64,000 nucleotides of DNA from a bacterium. GTDB lineage: Bacteria > UBA8248. Made by a program: the position numbers and the translations under genes. The notes under the pieces are model-generated. The model made no database searches and had not been told where the DNA came from. It saw nothing but the letters and a program-made list of their open reading frames with translations. The DNA lies in contig OZ241326.1 of the NCBI GenBank assembly GCA_965199855.1, forward strand, positions 1,280,001 to 1,344,000. The letters run 5' to 3'. Position 1 is the first letter of the stretch. Every line of letters begins with the position of its first letter. This document shows, piece after piece, positions 19,945-32,871 of this stretch.

Positions 19945-21353
19945 TGGGGGCGGAGGCGATGGCGGCCGTCTTCAGCGCGCGCGAGATCGCGGAGGCCGTG
20001 GGCGGGAGAATCGTTCGCGGAGACGGCGCGGCGCGCGCCGCCGGCGTGAGCGCGGACACGCGAACCCTGAAGGAGGGCGAGCTGTTCTTCGCGCTCAAGG
20101 GCCCCAACTTCGACGGGGCGGACTTTCTCGCCCGGGCGATGGAGAAAGGGGCGGCGGGGGTCGTCGCGGAGGCGGGCGCGGCTTTTCCCGCCGGGGGCGG
20201 CTTCGCCATCGAGGCCCCCGACGCCCTGCGTGCGCTGGGCGACCTCGCGTGCCGGCACCGCGGCCGCTTCGATATTCCCGTGGCGGGGGTGACCGGCAGC
20301 AACGGAAAGACGACCACGAAGGAGATGACGGCGGCCGTCCTCTCGGCGCGGGGCGAGACGCGCAAGAGCCGGGGCAACCTGAACAATCTGGTGGGCCTGC
20401 CGCTCGAGGTTTTCCGCCTGGGCGAGGCGCACGCGAGCGCCGTCTTCGAGATGGGGATGAGCGCGGCGGGCGAAATCCGAAGGCTCGCCGAAGTCGCGCG
20501 GCCCGGCGTCGCCGTCATCACGAACATAGGCCCCGCCCACGTCGGGGAGCTGGGCGGCATGAAGGCGGTGCGCGACGCGAAGGGCGAAATTCTGGAGGCG
20601 CTGCCCGCCGAAGGCGCCGCCGTTCTCTCGAACGAGGACGCGCACAGCCGCGCCCTGGCCGCGAGGCGTGAGGCGGCGGGCGGACGCGTGGTTCGCTTCG
20701 GCTTCTCGGCGGAAAGCGACTTCTGGGCCGAGGACGTTCGCCTGGACGCCCGGGGCGCGCGCTTCACCCTCCGGCGCATCGGGGGCGGGCGGGAGGTTCG
20801 GCTGAGGGCGCTCGGGCGGCACAACGTCCTGAACGCGCTGGCGGCCGCCGGCTGCGCCTCCGCCATGGGCTGCTCGCTGGAGGAGACGGCCGAGGGGCTC
20901 TCCCGCGCCGAGCTTCCCGACATGCGCCTTCGGGCGCGGGTGCTGCGCGGACGGACGGGCGTCCGCCTGCTGGACGATTCCTACAACGCGAACCCCGAGT
21001 CCGTCTTCCGCGCGCTCGAGACCGCGGACGCCCTGCGGGGCGGGGGGAGGCTCGTGGCGATTCTCGGCGACATGCTGGAGCTCGGCGAAATCGCCGAAAG
21101 CGCCCATCGGGACGCGGGCCGCAAGGCGGCCGGCTGCGGGGCGGCGCTGTTCGCGGGCGTGGGGCCGCTGATGCGGCTGGCGGTCGAGGAGGCGCGGCGC
21201 GCGGGGATGGACGATTCAAGGAGCATGGGCTTCGACGCGCCGGAGGAGGCCGCCTCCGCGGTGGCCGGGATGCTTCTGCCCGGCGACTGGGTGCTGGTGA
21301 AGGGTTCGCGCTCGATGCGGATGGAGCGCGCGATAGAGGGGCTCGAGGCCTGA
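19944..21353 (+). CDS. murF: UDP-MurNAc-pentapeptide synthetase
   Basis: VTGSNGKTTTKEM, NNLVGLP, EMGMS, DSYNANP, GDMLELG, KGSRSMRME. Confidence 0.95.
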   Translation: MGAEAMAAVFSAREIAEAVGGRIVRGDGAARAAGVSADTRTLKEGELFFALKGPNFDGADFLARAMEKGAAGVVAEAGAAFPAGGGFAIEAPDALRALGDLACRHRGRFDIPVAGVTGSNGKTTTKEMTAAVLSARGETRKSRGNLNNLVGLPLEVFRLGEAHASAVFEMGMSAAGEIRRLAEVARPGVAVITNIGPAHVGELGGMKAVRDAKGEILEALPAEGAAVLSNEDAHSRALAARREAAGGRVVRFGFSAESDFWAEDVRLDARGARFTLRRIGGGREVRLRALGRHNVLNALAAAGCASAMGCSLEETAEGLSRAELPDMRLRARVLRGRTGVRLLDDSYNANPESVFRALETADALRGGGRLVAILGDMLELGEIAESAHRDAGRKAAGCGAALFAGVGPLMRLAVEEARRAGMDDSRSMGFDAPEEAASAVAGMLLPGDWVLVKGSRSMRMERAIEGLEA

Positions 21354-22438
21354 TGTTGCATTCCTTCTTTATCTCCCTGAGCGGCGCGCTCTCCGCGCTG
21401 AACGTGTTCCGCTTCATCACGTTCCGGACGGCGATGGCGGTGTTCTCCGCCCTCCTCATGGCGCTGTTGCTGGGGCCGCGCCTCATTCGCTCCCTGCAAA
21501 GGCTCCAGATCGGAGAGGTCATCCGCGACGACGGCCCGCGGAGCCACCTCTCGAAGCAGGGGACGCCGACGATGGGAGGACTTCTCATCCTCGCGTGCGT
21601 GGCCGTTCCGGTGCTGCTGTGGAACGACCTGGGCAACGGCTTCGTCTGGCTCTCCCTGTTCGTCCTGCTCGCGTTCGGCCTCCTGGGCTTCTGGGACGAC
21701 TACACGAAGGTGACGCGCAGGGACAAGAACGGCGTGCGGCCCGCCATGAAGTTTCTGGCCCAGGCCGCCATCGGCCTCGCCGTGGGCTGCGCCCTTTACG
21801 GCGGACTCGCGGGGGCGGACTTCAAGACGGTCGTCATGCTGCCCTTTTTCAAGGATTTGCAGCCCGACCTCGGAATCTGGTTCGTGCCCTACGCCGCCCT
21901 CGTCATCGTGGCGACGAGCAACGCCGTGAACCTCACGGACGGCCTGGACGGCCTCGCCATCGGCCCGCTGCTGATAGCGGCGGGCGCCTATCTCGTCTTC
22001 AGCTACGTCTCGGGACACGCGGCCATCTCCAGGTATCTGCTCATCCTTCCCGTTCAGGGGGCGGGCGAGCTCGCCATCGTCTGCGGGGCGATGTTCGGGG
22101 CGGGCCTCGGCTTCCTGTGGTTCAACGCCTACCCGGCGCAGGTGTTCATGGGCGACGTGGGCGCGCTCCCGCTGGGCGCGCTGCTGGCCACGGTGGCGCT
22201 GTCGATCAAGCAGGAGCTCCTCCTGCTCCTGGTGGGCGGCCTGTTCGTCATCGAGACGCTCTCGGTCATTTTGCAGGTGTTCTCCTTCAAGACCACGGGG
22301 CAGCGCGTGTTCCGCATGGCGCCCCTGCACCATCACTACGAGGAGAAGGGGTGGTCCGAGCCCAAGGTGACGGTGCGCTTCTGGATCGTGGCGATCGTGC
22401 TGGCGTTCATGAGTCTGGCGACGCTGAAGCTGAGATGA
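21353..22438 (+). CDS. mraY: Phospho-N-acetylmuramoyl-pentapeptide transferase
   Basis: KQGTPTMGG, DDY, NAVNLTDGLDGL, FMGDVG, MAPLHHHYE. Confidence 0.97.
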   Translation: MLHSFFISLSGALSALNVFRFITFRTAMAVFSALLMALLLGPRLIRSLQRLQIGEVIRDDGPRSHLSKQGTPTMGGLLILACVAVPVLLWNDLGNGFVWLSLFVLLAFGLLGFWDDYTKVTRRDKNGVRPAMKFLAQAAIGLAVGCALYGGLAGADFKTVVMLPFFKDLQPDLGIWFVPYAALVIVATSNAVNLTDGLDGLAIGPLLIAAGAYLVFSYVSGHAAISRYLLILPVQGAGELAIVCGAMFGAGLGFLWFNAYPAQVFMGDVGALPLGALLATVALSIKQELLLLLVGGLFVIETLSVILQVFSFKTTGQRVFRMAPLHHHYEEKGWSEPKVTVRFWIVAIVLAFMSLATLKLR

Positions 22439-23835
22439 GGAATCCGGTGCTGGACGGCGAATTCGCGGCGTGGACGAACGCTCTGCCCTCGAGGCGGGCG
22501 CTCGTCATGGGAATGGGCAGGAGCGGCGCGGCCGCGGCCGGCGCCCTGGCTCGCCTGGGGGCGGAGGTGACGGGCACGGATTCGAGCGAGATTCCCGGTC
22601 TGCGCGGACGCCTGCCCGACGGGGTGGCGCTCGAACTCGGCGGCCACAGCGAGGCGAGCTTCGAGGGGTGCGACCTGCTGGTGGTGAGCCCGGGCGTTCC
22701 GGCGACGAGCCGCTACATCGCGCGGGCCAGGGCGGCGGGCGCCGAGGTCATCAGCGAGGTGGAGCTCGCCTGCCGCCTGTGCCCCGTCCCCCTCGCCGCC
22801 GTCACCGGCACGAACGGCAAGACGACGGTCTCCGCCATGCTGGGGAGAATTCTGGAGGAGGGCGGCTTTCGCGCCCCCGTGGGCGGCAACATCGGAAGAC
22901 CGCTCGTCGAGGTGGTCGAGGCGGAGGGAGAGGACGCCGACTTCATCGTCGCCGAAGTGAGCAGCTTTCAGCTCGAATGGGCGCCCGCGATCAGGCCGAG
23001 GGTGGGGGTGATGACGAACGTGACGCCCGATCATCTGGATCGCCACCCCGACCTCCGCGAATACGCGGACCTCAAGGCGCGGCTGTTCGCCAACCAGAGG
23101 GAGGGGGACGCCAGGGCGCTGAACGCGGACGATCCTCTCGCGGCGCGCTACATGACCCCCGCCGGGCGGGGCGGCGTCCTGGCGTTCAGCCGCAAGGGGG
23201 CGGTGCGCCGGGGCGCCTGCGTCGAAGGCGGCGACGTGCTGCTCATGGACGAGGACGGCGCCGCGCGCGTCTGCGGCGCGGAGGAGCTCGCGGCGCCCGG
23301 CCTGCACAACCTCGAGAATTTTCTCGCCGCGTGCGCGGCGGCGCGCTTTCTGGGCGCGGAGGCGGAAGCGATGGCGCGCGCGGCGCGCGGCTTCGAGGGG
23401 CTGCCCCACCGCATGGAGGTGGTGGCCGAGCGGGACGGCGTGCGCTGGGTGAACGACTCCAAGGCGACGAACGTAGGCGCCGCGGCCATGAGCCTGGAGA
23501 GCGCGGCGGGCGACGTGCTGCTCATCGCCGGCGGAACCGACAAGGGGAGCGACCTCGCGCCCCTGCGCTCCGGGGTGGAGCGCAAGGTGCGCCGTCTGGT
23601 TCTCATCGGCGAGGCGGCGGAGCGGTTCGAGCGCTTCTTCCGGGGGTGCGCGCCGATCGCGCGGGCGCGGACGCTGGAGGAGGCCGCGCGCCTCTGCCGC
23701 GAGGAGGCGCGGCCGGGCGATACGGTGCTGCTCTCGCCCGCCTGCTCGAGCTTCGATCAGTTCCGAGACTACGCCCACCGGGGCGACGCCTTCCGCCGGA
23801 TGGCGCGGGAGCTGACGGGGGGGGACGCGGAATGA
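22435..23835 (+). CDS. murD: UDP-MurNAc-L-Ala:D-Glu ligase
   Basis: GMGRSG, VSPGVP, TGTNGKTT, EVSSFQLE, DHLDRH, NDSKATN, LSPACSSFDQF. Confidence 0.96.
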   Translation: MRNPVLDGEFAAWTNALPSRRALVMGMGRSGAAAAGALARLGAEVTGTDSSEIPGLRGRLPDGVALELGGHSEASFEGCDLLVVSPGVPATSRYIARARAAGAEVISEVELACRLCPVPLAAVTGTNGKTTVSAMLGRILEEGGFRAPVGGNIGRPLVEVVEAEGEDADFIVAEVSSFQLEWAPAIRPRVGVMTNVTPDHLDRHPDLREYADLKARLFANQREGDARALNADDPLAARYMTPAGRGGVLAFSRKGAVRRGACVEGGDVLLMDEDGAARVCGAEELAAPGLHNLENFLAACAAARFLGAEAEAMARAARGFEGLPHRMEVVAERDGVRWVNDSKATNVGAAAMSLESAAGDVLLIAGGTDKGSDLAPLRSGVERKVRRLVLIGEAAERFERFFRGCAPIARARTLEEAARLCREEARPGDTVLLSPACSSFDQFRDYAHRGDAFRRMARELTGGDAE

Positions 23836-25019
23836 TACGGAAGCGCATCGACCCCGTCATCTTCTTCCTCTCGCTGGGGCTGGTGGTGCTGGGCGTCGTC
23901 ATGGTGTTCAGCGCGAGCCACATTCTCGCGCTGGACAGATACGGGGATGCGTTCTTCTTCGTGAAGCGCCACGTCCTGTGGGCGGCGCTCGGCTTCGGCT
24001 TCATGCTGGCGATCTCGCAGACGGAGCCCCGGCAGATCCGCAAGGCCGCTTTTCCCCTGGTCATCGCCTCGATCCTGGCGCTTTTGATGGTGTTCGCGCC
24101 GGGCCTCGGGCGGGAGGCGGGCGGCGCCCGACGGTGGCTGATGCTGGGCCCCTTCTCCTTGCAGCCGGTGGAGGCCGCGAAGGTGGGGCTGGTGGTTTTC
24201 CTGGCGCACTTTCTCGCGCTCAAGGGCGAGCGCCTGCGGGACTGGAAATACGGATTTCTGCCGCCGGTCGGGTTCGCGGGAATCATCCTGGCGCTCATTC
24301 TGGCTCAGCCCGACCTGGGCTCCGCCGGCCTCATCGCCGCCGTCGTCGGCGCGCTTCTGCTCCTGGCGGGGGCGCGGTGGACGCACCTGATCCTCTGCGG
24401 GGCGGCGGGAGCGTCCGTCCTGCTCGGCATGGTGGTCTTCGCGCCGTGGCGCATGAAGCGCATCCTGGCATTTTCCGATCCCTTCGCCGTGGCCAAGGGC
24501 GCGGGCTATCAGCTGATCCAGTCCCTGCTCGCCATCGCGCGGGGCGGCCTGACGGGCCTCGGCCTGGGCGAGGGCAAGCAGAAGCTCTTCTATCTGCCGG
24601 AGCCTCACACGGACTTCATCTACGCGGTCGTGGGCGAGGAGCTGGGCCTCATCGGCGCGTTGTGCGTGGCGGCCGCGTTCGCGGTTCTGCTCTGGCGCGG
24701 CTTTCAGATAGCCGCCCGGTGCGAGGATTTCTTCTGCGCCCTTCTGGCGGCGGGCGTGACGCTCCTCGTCGTCCTTCAGGGCTTTTTGAACATGGCGGTG
24801 GCGGCGGGGCTTCTGCCTACCACGGGCATCCCGCTGCCCCTCGTCAGCCTGGGCGGCTCGTCCCTCGTGTGCACGCTCATCGCCCTGGGGCTGCTGATTT
24901 CCATCGAAGCGTCTGGCCAGGAGTCGAGTGCGCCCGCGCGGGGAAGCCCTCTCGACGCGGCCTCGGGGCCGCGAGAGGGCGCGCGGAGGCTGGTTCCCGC
25001 GGGGAGGGCGCGCCCATGA
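23832..25019 (+). CDS. ftsW: SEDS peptidoglycan polymerase FtsW
   Basis: GARRW, QPVEAAK, QPDLG, GYQLIQS, LPEPHTDFI, GEELG, LPLVSLGGSS. Confidence 0.95.
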   Translation: MIRKRIDPVIFFLSLGLVVLGVVMVFSASHILALDRYGDAFFFVKRHVLWAALGFGFMLAISQTEPRQIRKAAFPLVIASILALLMVFAPGLGREAGGARRWLMLGPFSLQPVEAAKVGLVVFLAHFLALKGERLRDWKYGFLPPVGFAGIILALILAQPDLGSAGLIAAVVGALLLLAGARWTHLILCGAAGASVLLGMVVFAPWRMKRILAFSDPFAVAKGAGYQLIQSLLAIARGGLTGLGLGEGKQKLFYLPEPHTDFIYAVVGEELGLIGALCVAAAFAVLLWRGFQIAARCEDFFCALLAAGVTLLVVLQGFLNMAVAAGLLPTTGIPLPLVSLGGSSLVCTLIALGLLISIEASGQESSAPARGSPLDAASGPREGARRLVPAGRARP

Positions 25020-26101
25020 GGCTCCTCATCGCGGGCGGCGGCACGGGGGGACACCTCTATCCGGGCATCGCGGTCGCCAGGGCGTGGCTCGCCGATGACG
25101 CGGAGGGCGAGGTCTTGTTCGTGGGCTCCGCCCGCGGGCTGGAGGCGCGGGTGCTGCCGCGCGAGGGGCTTCCGTTCGCGCCGATCTCCGCCGCCGGCGT
25201 CCTGCGGCGCAGCATCGCCCAGCAGGCGGGGGCCGTCTGCATGATGGGCCGGGGGCTCTTCCAGGCGGTGGGAATCCTGCGGCGCTTTCGCCCCCACGTC
25301 GTTCTGGGGGTGGGCGGCTATTCCAGCGTTCCGACGGTGGCCGCCGCCGGCCTCGGGAGAAGGCCGATCGTGCTGATCGAGCAGAACGTCGTTCCCGGCC
25401 TGGCCAACCGCTTCCTGTCGCGCTTCGCGTCCAGGGTCGCCGTGGGTCTGCCCGTGCGCGACGCGGGCTTCGCCCCGGGGAAAATCGTGGAAACCGGCCT
25501 GCCGCTCAGGCGCGAATTCTCGGAGGACTTCGCGCGCGGAGAGGATTTCTGGGGCGGTCCCCTGAAGGTGCTCGTCTTCGGCGGAAGCCAGGGCGCGCGC
25601 GCCATCAACGAGGCGGTGATGGAGGCCCTGCCCCTGCTGGGCGGCGCCGTGGAGCGGATGCGGTTCGTGCACCAGACGGGCGAGGCGGACCTGGCGCGCG
25701 TTCGAGACGCCTACGAGAGGGCGGGCGCGCGCGCGGAGGCGGCGCCCTATCTGCACGACATGGCGGCGCGCTATCGCTGGGCGCAGGTGTGCCTCTCGCG
25801 GGCGGGGGCGGTGAGCGCGGCGGAGATATGCGCCTCCTCCCTGCCGGCGGTGCTGATTCCGCTGCCCGGCGCCACGCACGGACACCAGGAGGCGAACGCC
25901 CGCTACCTCGCGGATCGACAGGCGGCGCGGATGGTTCTTCAAAAAGACTTGAGCGCGAGGCTTCTCGCGGACGTCTGGCTCGAATACGAGGCGGAGCGGG
26001 AGAAGCTCGTTCGCATGTCGAAGCGCGCGAAGGCTCTCGCCCGCGCGAACGCCTCGGAAGCCGTGGCCGCCCTGTGCCGCGAGGAGGCGCGGGCGGCGTG
26101 A
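25016..26101 (+). CDS. murG: Lipid II GlcNAc transferase
   Basis: GGGTGGHLYP, GGY, EQN, GGSQGA, RAGA, HQEANA. Confidence 0.96.
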   Translation: MRLLIAGGGTGGHLYPGIAVARAWLADDAEGEVLFVGSARGLEARVLPREGLPFAPISAAGVLRRSIAQQAGAVCMMGRGLFQAVGILRRFRPHVVLGVGGYSSVPTVAAAGLGRRPIVLIEQNVVPGLANRFLSRFASRVAVGLPVRDAGFAPGKIVETGLPLRREFSEDFARGEDFWGGPLKVLVFGGSQGARAINEAVMEALPLLGGAVERMRFVHQTGEADLARVRDAYERAGARAEAAPYLHDMAARYRWAQVCLSRAGAVSAAEICASSLPAVLIPLPGATHGHQEANARYLADRQAARMVLQKDLSARLLADVWLEYEAEREKLVRMSKRAKALARANASEAVAALCREEARAA

Positions 26102-26120
26102 CGCGAAAGGGAGGGGGAGG

Positions 26121-27547
<1,427 letters not shown>

Positions 27548-27551
<4 letters not shown>

Positions 27552-28501
27552 ACGCCGGGCTGGCGGAGGAAGTCATGACGTCCGAGGCGGCGGAGAAGCT
27601 GAAGAATCTCGACTGCGGGATTCTCTTCGGAGAGCCGCTGGCCGCCTACACCACGTTCCGGGTGGGAGGGCCGGCCGACGCCCTCGCGTTGCCCGCGGCG
27701 GAGGGCGCGCTCGCTGCGCTGCTCGATAGATGCCGGAGCGAGGCGCTCCCCGTCGCCGTGCTGGGGGGCGGCGCGAACACCCTGGTGCGCGACGGAGGCG
27801 TTCGCGGGGCGGTCGTCGCGCTTCCGGGGGCGTTCCGGGGGATCGAGGTGATCGAGGAGAGCGGGGAAGGCGCGCTGATCGAGGCGCGGGCGGGGGAGAA
27901 GATTCCCGCGCTGGTGCGCTTCGCCGCCGAGCGCGGCTGGGCGGGGGTCGAGTGTCTGGCGGGCGTTCCCGGCACCGTGGGAGGCGCGCTGGCCATGAAC
28001 GCGGGCACTGCGGAATCCTACATCCAGGACGCCGTGGAGAGCGTGCGCTGGATGCCTCTGGCCGGCGGCGCGCCCGCGTGGGCGCCCGCGGACGCCCTGC
28101 GCTTCTCCTATCGCCGCGCCGAGCTGCCCGCGCCCGGCGTGGTTCTGGCCGCGCGCTTCTCGCTGAGGCGCGCCGACGCCGGCGAGCTGAAGGAGCGGCT
28201 GAGGCGGGACGCCGCCCGGAGGCGCGAGCGCCAGCCCTGGGGGATGCCCTGCGCCGGCTCCATCTTCAAGAACCCCGCCGGCGCGCGCGCGGGGGCGCTC
28301 ATCGAGGCGGCCGGCCTCAAGGGAATGAGAATCGGCGGCGCGCAGGTGAGCGAGGTCCACGGAAATTTCATGGTGAACCTGGGCGGGGCCACGGCGCGGG
28401 ACGTGCTGAGCCTCATCGCCGAAGTCCAAAAAGCGATTCTGGAGCGGACGGGAATCGAGCTGGCGCTGGAGCTGAACGTCATCGGGGAGGACGCCGCATG
28501 A
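27548..28501 (+). CDS. murB: UDP-N-acetylenolpyruvoylglucosamine reductase
   Basis: TTFRVGG, GVPGTVGGALAMNAG, FSYR, AGSIFKNP, HGNFMVN. Confidence 0.95.
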
Positions 28502-29382
28502 GCCGTTCCCGGTCCGGAGCGCGGCGGCCGAGGCGCCGGGAGGTGTTCCCGGACCGCGCCCGCGCGCCCGGAGGCGCCGGCGGCGCCCGAAAGGGCGTCA
28601 GGCGAAGCGGCGGCAGGAGCGGCCGGAGCTGGGTATGGCCCCTCATCGGCTTTCTGGCTTTCGCGGAGGCGCTCCTGCTGGGCGGACACGCCGTCCTGTG
28701 GGCGAAGGCGAGCCGGCATTTCGAGCTGAGCAAGGTGGTGGTGGAGGGGCATCGGGCGCTTCGGCCCGAGGACGTCGTGAAGCGCGCGGCGCTCGCGCCG
28801 GGGACGAGCATATTCGACGCCGACCTGGAGGCCGTGCGCGCCCGCGTGGCCTCTCATCCCTGGATCAAGCGCGTGAGCGTGCGCAGGCGGCCGCCCCATT
28901 TTCTCCACGTCGAGATCGTCGAGCGCAGGCCGGCCGCGCTGCTCGCCGGCGCCGCGCGCATGGCGGTGGACGCGGAGGGCGTCGTGCTCGGCGGGCTCCC
29001 GGCGCCGCGCGCGGGGTGTCTGCCCGTGATGGAGGGATTCGCCTCGCGGAATTTGCGGCCGGGCGAGGCGTTGCGCGGCGCGCGCTTCGCGCGCGCCATG
29101 GAGGCGGCCTCCCTGTTCCGGGGCTTTCCCGTGATTCGGGAGGGGTGCGTCTCCGTCCGCGCCGCCGGGGGAGGGCAGCTCCGGCTTCGGGCGCTCACGG
29201 GGAAGGTGGAGCTTGTCGTGAACGAGGAGGGGATGGAGAGCCAGGCCGAGCGGCTTCGGGCGGTCGCGCGCGACGTTCTGCGGGAGGAGGCGCTGGGCGC
29301 GGGCGGTCTCCGGCTCGATCTGAGATTTCCGGGCAGGGTGATCGTCCGGTCGCTCGAAGAGGATGGAGGGAACAGGGGATGA
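28498..29382 (+). CDS. ftsQ: Cell division protein FtsQ/DivIB
   Basis: TM plus POTRA (HPWIKRVSVRR.PP.L.VEIVER.P), C-terminal DLRFPGRVIV. Confidence 0.85.
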   Translation: MSRSRSGARRPRRREVFPDRARAPGGAGGARKGVRRSGGRSGRSWVWPLIGFLAFAEALLLGGHAVLWAKASRHFELSKVVVEGHRALRPEDVVKRAALAPGTSIFDADLEAVRARVASHPWIKRVSVRRRPPHFLHVEIVERRPAALLAGAARMAVDAEGVVLGGLPAPRAGCLPVMEGFASRNLRPGEALRGARFARAMEAASLFRGFPVIREGCVSVRAAGGGQLRLRALTGKVELVVNEEGMESQAERLRAVARDVLREEALGAGGLRLDLRFPGRVIVRSLEEDGGNRG

Positions 29383-30617
29383 GCAAACAGGGCGACGTGC
29401 TGGTGGGCTTGGACATCGGCACCTCGAAAATCTGCGCGGTCGTGGCCGAGGTGAACGAGGAGGGCGCCCTCGAGATCGTGGGGCTGGGGAAGCATCCCTC
29501 CAAGGGACTCAACCGCGGCTCGGTGGTGAACATCGATCAGACGGTGGAATCCATCAAGGCGGCGGTGGGCGAGGCCGAGTTCATCAGCGGCGCGCCCGTC
29601 CGCTCCGCCTTCGTCGGCGTGGCGGGAGGACACATCCGCAGCTTCAACACGAACGGCATCGTGGCGATCAAGAACAAGATCGTGGCCCAGGAGGACATCG
29701 ACCGCGTCGTCGAGCAGGCGCGGGCGGTCACAATGCCGGCGGATCACGAAATCATCCACGTGCTGCCGCAGGAATACATCGTCGACGAGCAGGAGGGCGT
29801 CACCGAGCCCGCGGGCATGGCCGGCGTGCGCCTCGAATGCAGGGTGCACGTCGTCACGGGGGCGATTCCCGCGATTCAGAACATCACCCGCAGCGTCGAG
29901 ATGGCGGGCCTGAGCGTGGAGCGCCTGGCGCTCCAGCCTTTCGCCTCCTCGCTGGCCGCGCTGAGCGACGACGAGCGCGACCTCGGCGTGGCGATCGTGG
30001 ACGTCGGGAGCGGCACGGCGGACGTCGCCGTCATCAGCGCGAGCGCGCTGCGCTACACCTCCGTCATCCCCGTGGGGGGCAGCCACATCACGCGGGACAT
30101 CGCCATCGGTCTGAGGACGCCGGACTATCAGGCGGAGAAGATCAAGCAGGAGCACGGCTGCGCCCTGGCCTCCCGCCTCTCCCACGAGGACGAGATCGAG
30201 GTGCCCAGCGTGGGCGGGCGTCCGCCGCGCGTGCTGAGCCGCCAGATGCTCGCCGAGATCATCGAACCCCGCATGGAGGAGATTCTGACGCTCATCCGCC
30301 GCGAGATACAGAAGAGCGGCATGGAGGATCTCCTCCCCGCCGGCGTGGTGCTCACGGGCGGGGCGAGCATGATGGAGGGCGTCGAGGAGCTGGCCGAGGG
30401 CGTGCTTCAGCTTCCGGTGAGGCTGGGTCTGCCCGCCGGCGTGGGCGGGCTGGTGGATATGGTCAACGGCCCCATGTATTCCACCGCCGTGGGCCTCGTC
30501 ATCTACGCCATGAAGACGGCCGGCCGAAAGGGGCGGCTCGCGGGCGGCGCTTCGGGCAGTCCAATCCGCCAGACGACGGCCAGAATCCGCCACGTGCTGG
30601 CCAGCGTGTTCAGGTAG
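29379..30617 (+). CDS. ftsA: Cell division protein FtsA
   Basis: [32 protein letters not shown]-terminal amphipathic helix. Confidence 0.96.
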   Translation: MSKQGDVLVGLDIGTSKICAVVAEVNEEGALEIVGLGKHPSKGLNRGSVVNIDQTVESIKAAVGEAEFISGAPVRSAFVGVAGGHIRSFNTNGIVAIKNKIVAQEDIDRVVEQARAVTMPADHEIIHVLPQEYIVDEQEGVTEPAGMAGVRLECRVHVVTGAIPAIQNITRSVEMAGLSVERLALQPFASSLAALSDDERDLGVAIVDVGSGTADVAVISASALRYTSVIPVGGSHITRDIAIGLRTPDYQAEKIKQEHGCALASRLSHEDEIEVPSVGGRPPRVLSRQMLAEIIEPRMEEILTLIRREIQKSGMEDLLPAGVVLTGGASMMEGVEELAEGVLQLPVRLGLPAGVGGLVDMVNGPMYSTAVGLVIYAMKTAGRKGRLAGGASGSPIRQTTARIRHVLASVFR

Positions 30618-30669
30618 TTTTTCGGGAAGGCCGAGGGGGCGCCTTCCAGGGTCGAATGGGGGGAAGGGA

Positions 30670-31815
30670 ATGAGCGACTTGATGTTCGAGATGGAGCAGG
30701 AGCCGCCCTGCCGGGCGCGAATCGCGGTCATCGGCGTGGGCGGGGGCGGCGGCAACGCCGTCAACACCATGATTTCGTCGGGCATGGAGGGCGTCGAGTT
30801 CGTGGCGGCCAACACGGACGCCCAGGTGCTGGAGCGCTCCCTGGCCGGCGAGAAAATCCAGCTGGGCCTCGATCTGACGAACGGGCTGGGGGCGGGCGGA
30901 AACCCCGAGGTCGGCAGAAAGGCGGCCCTCGAGGACACCGAGCGCCTCGCCGACTACCTTCAGTCGCTGGAGCTGGTGTTCGTCACCGCGGGCATGGGGG
31001 GAGGCACGGGCACGGGCGCCGCGCCCGTCATCGCGCGCATCGCGAAGGAGGCGGGAGTGCTGACGGTGGGCGTGGTCACCCGGCCGTTCGACTTCGAGGG
31101 GCCGCGCCGGATGAACCAGGCGAGCGAGGGCATCGAGGAGCTGCGCGAGGCCGTGAACACGCTCATCACCATCCCCAACCAGCGGCTCTTGGGAATGGTC
31201 GAGCGCTCGACGCCGATGACCGAGGCGTTTCAGAAGGCGAACAACGTCCTCCTTCAGGCGTGCAAGGGAATCGCCGACCTCATCACCACGCCCGGGCTGA
31301 TCAATCTCGACTTCGCCGACGTGCGCACCATCATGCGCGACATGGGCGGCAAGGCGCTCATGGGCAGCGGCACGGGCCACGGCGAGAACCGCGCCGTCAT
31401 CGCCGCCCAGAACGCCATCAACAGCCCGCTGCTCGAGGAGGGAACCATCGAGGGCTCCCGGGGCGTGCTCATCAACATCACCGGCGGCTCCGACCTCTCG
31501 CTCTTCGAGGTGAACGAGGCCTGCAAGCTCGTCCACGAGAAGGCGCACCCCGACGCCAACATCATTTTCGGCTCGGTCATCGACGTCGGCATGGAGAACG
31601 AAATTCGCGTGACCGTCATCGCCACGGGCTTCGGGCGCGAGGCGATTCGCGAAGTCCCGCCCCTGGAGGCGGAGGCGGCCACCGGAACCGACGGAAAGAG
31701 GATATCGCCCGTGGACTACATGCGCCTGAAAAGCGGCGCGCCTCAAGCCGACGCCTACGAACTGGAGGAGGACGATCTGGACGTGCCCACTTTCCTGCGC
31801 AAGCAGGTTGACTGA
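30670..31815 (+). CDS. ftsZ: Cell division protein FtsZ
   Basis: [26 protein letters not shown]-terminal DVPTFLRK. Confidence 0.98.
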   Translation: MSDLMFEMEQEPPCRARIAVIGVGGGGGNAVNTMISSGMEGVEFVAANTDAQVLERSLAGEKIQLGLDLTNGLGAGGNPEVGRKAALEDTERLADYLQSLELVFVTAGMGGGTGTGAAPVIARIAKEAGVLTVGVVTRPFDFEGPRRMNQASEGIEELREAVNTLITIPNQRLLGMVERSTPMTEAFQKANNVLLQACKGIADLITTPGLINLDFADVRTIMRDMGGKALMGSGTGHGENRAVIAAQNAINSPLLEEGTIEGSRGVLINITGGSDLSLFEVNEACKLVHEKAHPDANIIFGSVIDVGMENEIRVTVIATGFGREAIREVPPLEAEAATGTDGKRISPVDYMRLKSGAPQADAYELEEDDLDVPTFLRKQVD

Positions 31816-32055
31816 CCCCCCCAGCGTCGGTTCGCCGAGGGAGCCTTTTCTCAAACCGAACCGCGCATTCCCCTCCGATGAAGCCGGGGGAGATTCGTCT
31901 CCCCCGGCCCCGCCATCCCGCGCGGCGGGCGCTCTTTCTTGTGGCGCCGTTGGGCCCTCTCTATAATGCGGTCTCCATGATGAAGAGCCGTGCGCGCCGG
32001 GCGGGGGCTCTCCGCGCGCGCTCGACGGCTCCTCGCCGGCCGGAGCGGACTGCGG

Positions 32056-32871
32056 ATGCGTTCTTTGGAGGGCCATGAATCCGGCGGCGTCGAATTCCTC
32101 ACCTCTCCCCTGCTGGAGGAGGCCGGCTTCGCGCGCCACGCCTTCAGCACCCGAAGAGGCGGGGTGAGCGCGGGCCGCTTCTCCTCCCTGAATCTGGGGC
32201 GCGCGCGGGGCGAGGCGCCCGAGAACGTGGCGGAAAACAGAAGGCGCTTCTTCGAGGCCGCCGGCTTTTTGGCTGAGCGTCTGGTGGAGCTGAGGCAGGC
32301 GCACGGATGCGGCGTTCTCGCCGCCGAGGAGATCGCCCCCGGCGAGAAGGCGAGCGGCGACGCCCTGATGACGAACGATCCGCGCCTGGGCGTCGCCGTC
32401 AAGACGGCGGACTGCGTGCCCGTGCTCATCGCGGACGCGCGGAGGCGGGCGGTCGCCGCCGTTCACGCGGGCCGCAGGGGGGTGGCCGGCGGCATTCTGC
32501 TCAGGACGGTCGAGCGGATGCGGGAGAAATACGGGTGCGACGCCCGGGATTTGCGCGCCGCCCTGGGCCCCGCCGTTTCCGGGGGGCGCTACGAGGTGGG
32601 CGAGGAGTGTCTGCCGCCGTTTCGCGCGTGGTGCCGGGACTGGAGAGACTTCAGCGCGCCCCTGGGGCGCGGGAAATGGCTGCTTGATCTTCCCGAGGCG
32701 GCGCGGCGTCAGCTTGTCCTGGCGGGGGTTCCCGAGGAGCGCGTCGGCGCGCCCGGGCCCTGCACGTTTTCCGGGCCGTCGCGGTTTTTTTCCTACCGCC
32801 GGGACGGCGCGCCCGCCGGGATGCTGCTCTCGGCGATACGGGCGACGCGCCATGGAGAAGGCGATGGCTGA
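32056..32871 (+). CDS. pgeF: Peptidoglycan editing factor / purine nucleoside phosphorylase (YfiH family)
   Basis: FSTRRGGVS, QAHG, TADCVP, HAG.RG, FFSYRR. Confidence 0.9.
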   Translation: MRSLEGHESGGVEFLTSPLLEEAGFARHAFSTRRGGVSAGRFSSLNLGRARGEAPENVAENRRRFFEAAGFLAERLVELRQAHGCGVLAAEEIAPGEKASGDALMTNDPRLGVAVKTADCVPVLIADARRRAVAAVHAGRRGVAGGILLRTVERMREKYGCDARDLRAALGPAVSGGRYEVGEECLPPFRAWCRDWRDFSAPLGRGKWLLDLPEAARRQLVLAGVPEERVGAPGPCTFSGPSRFFSYRRDGAPAGMLLSAIRATRHGEGDG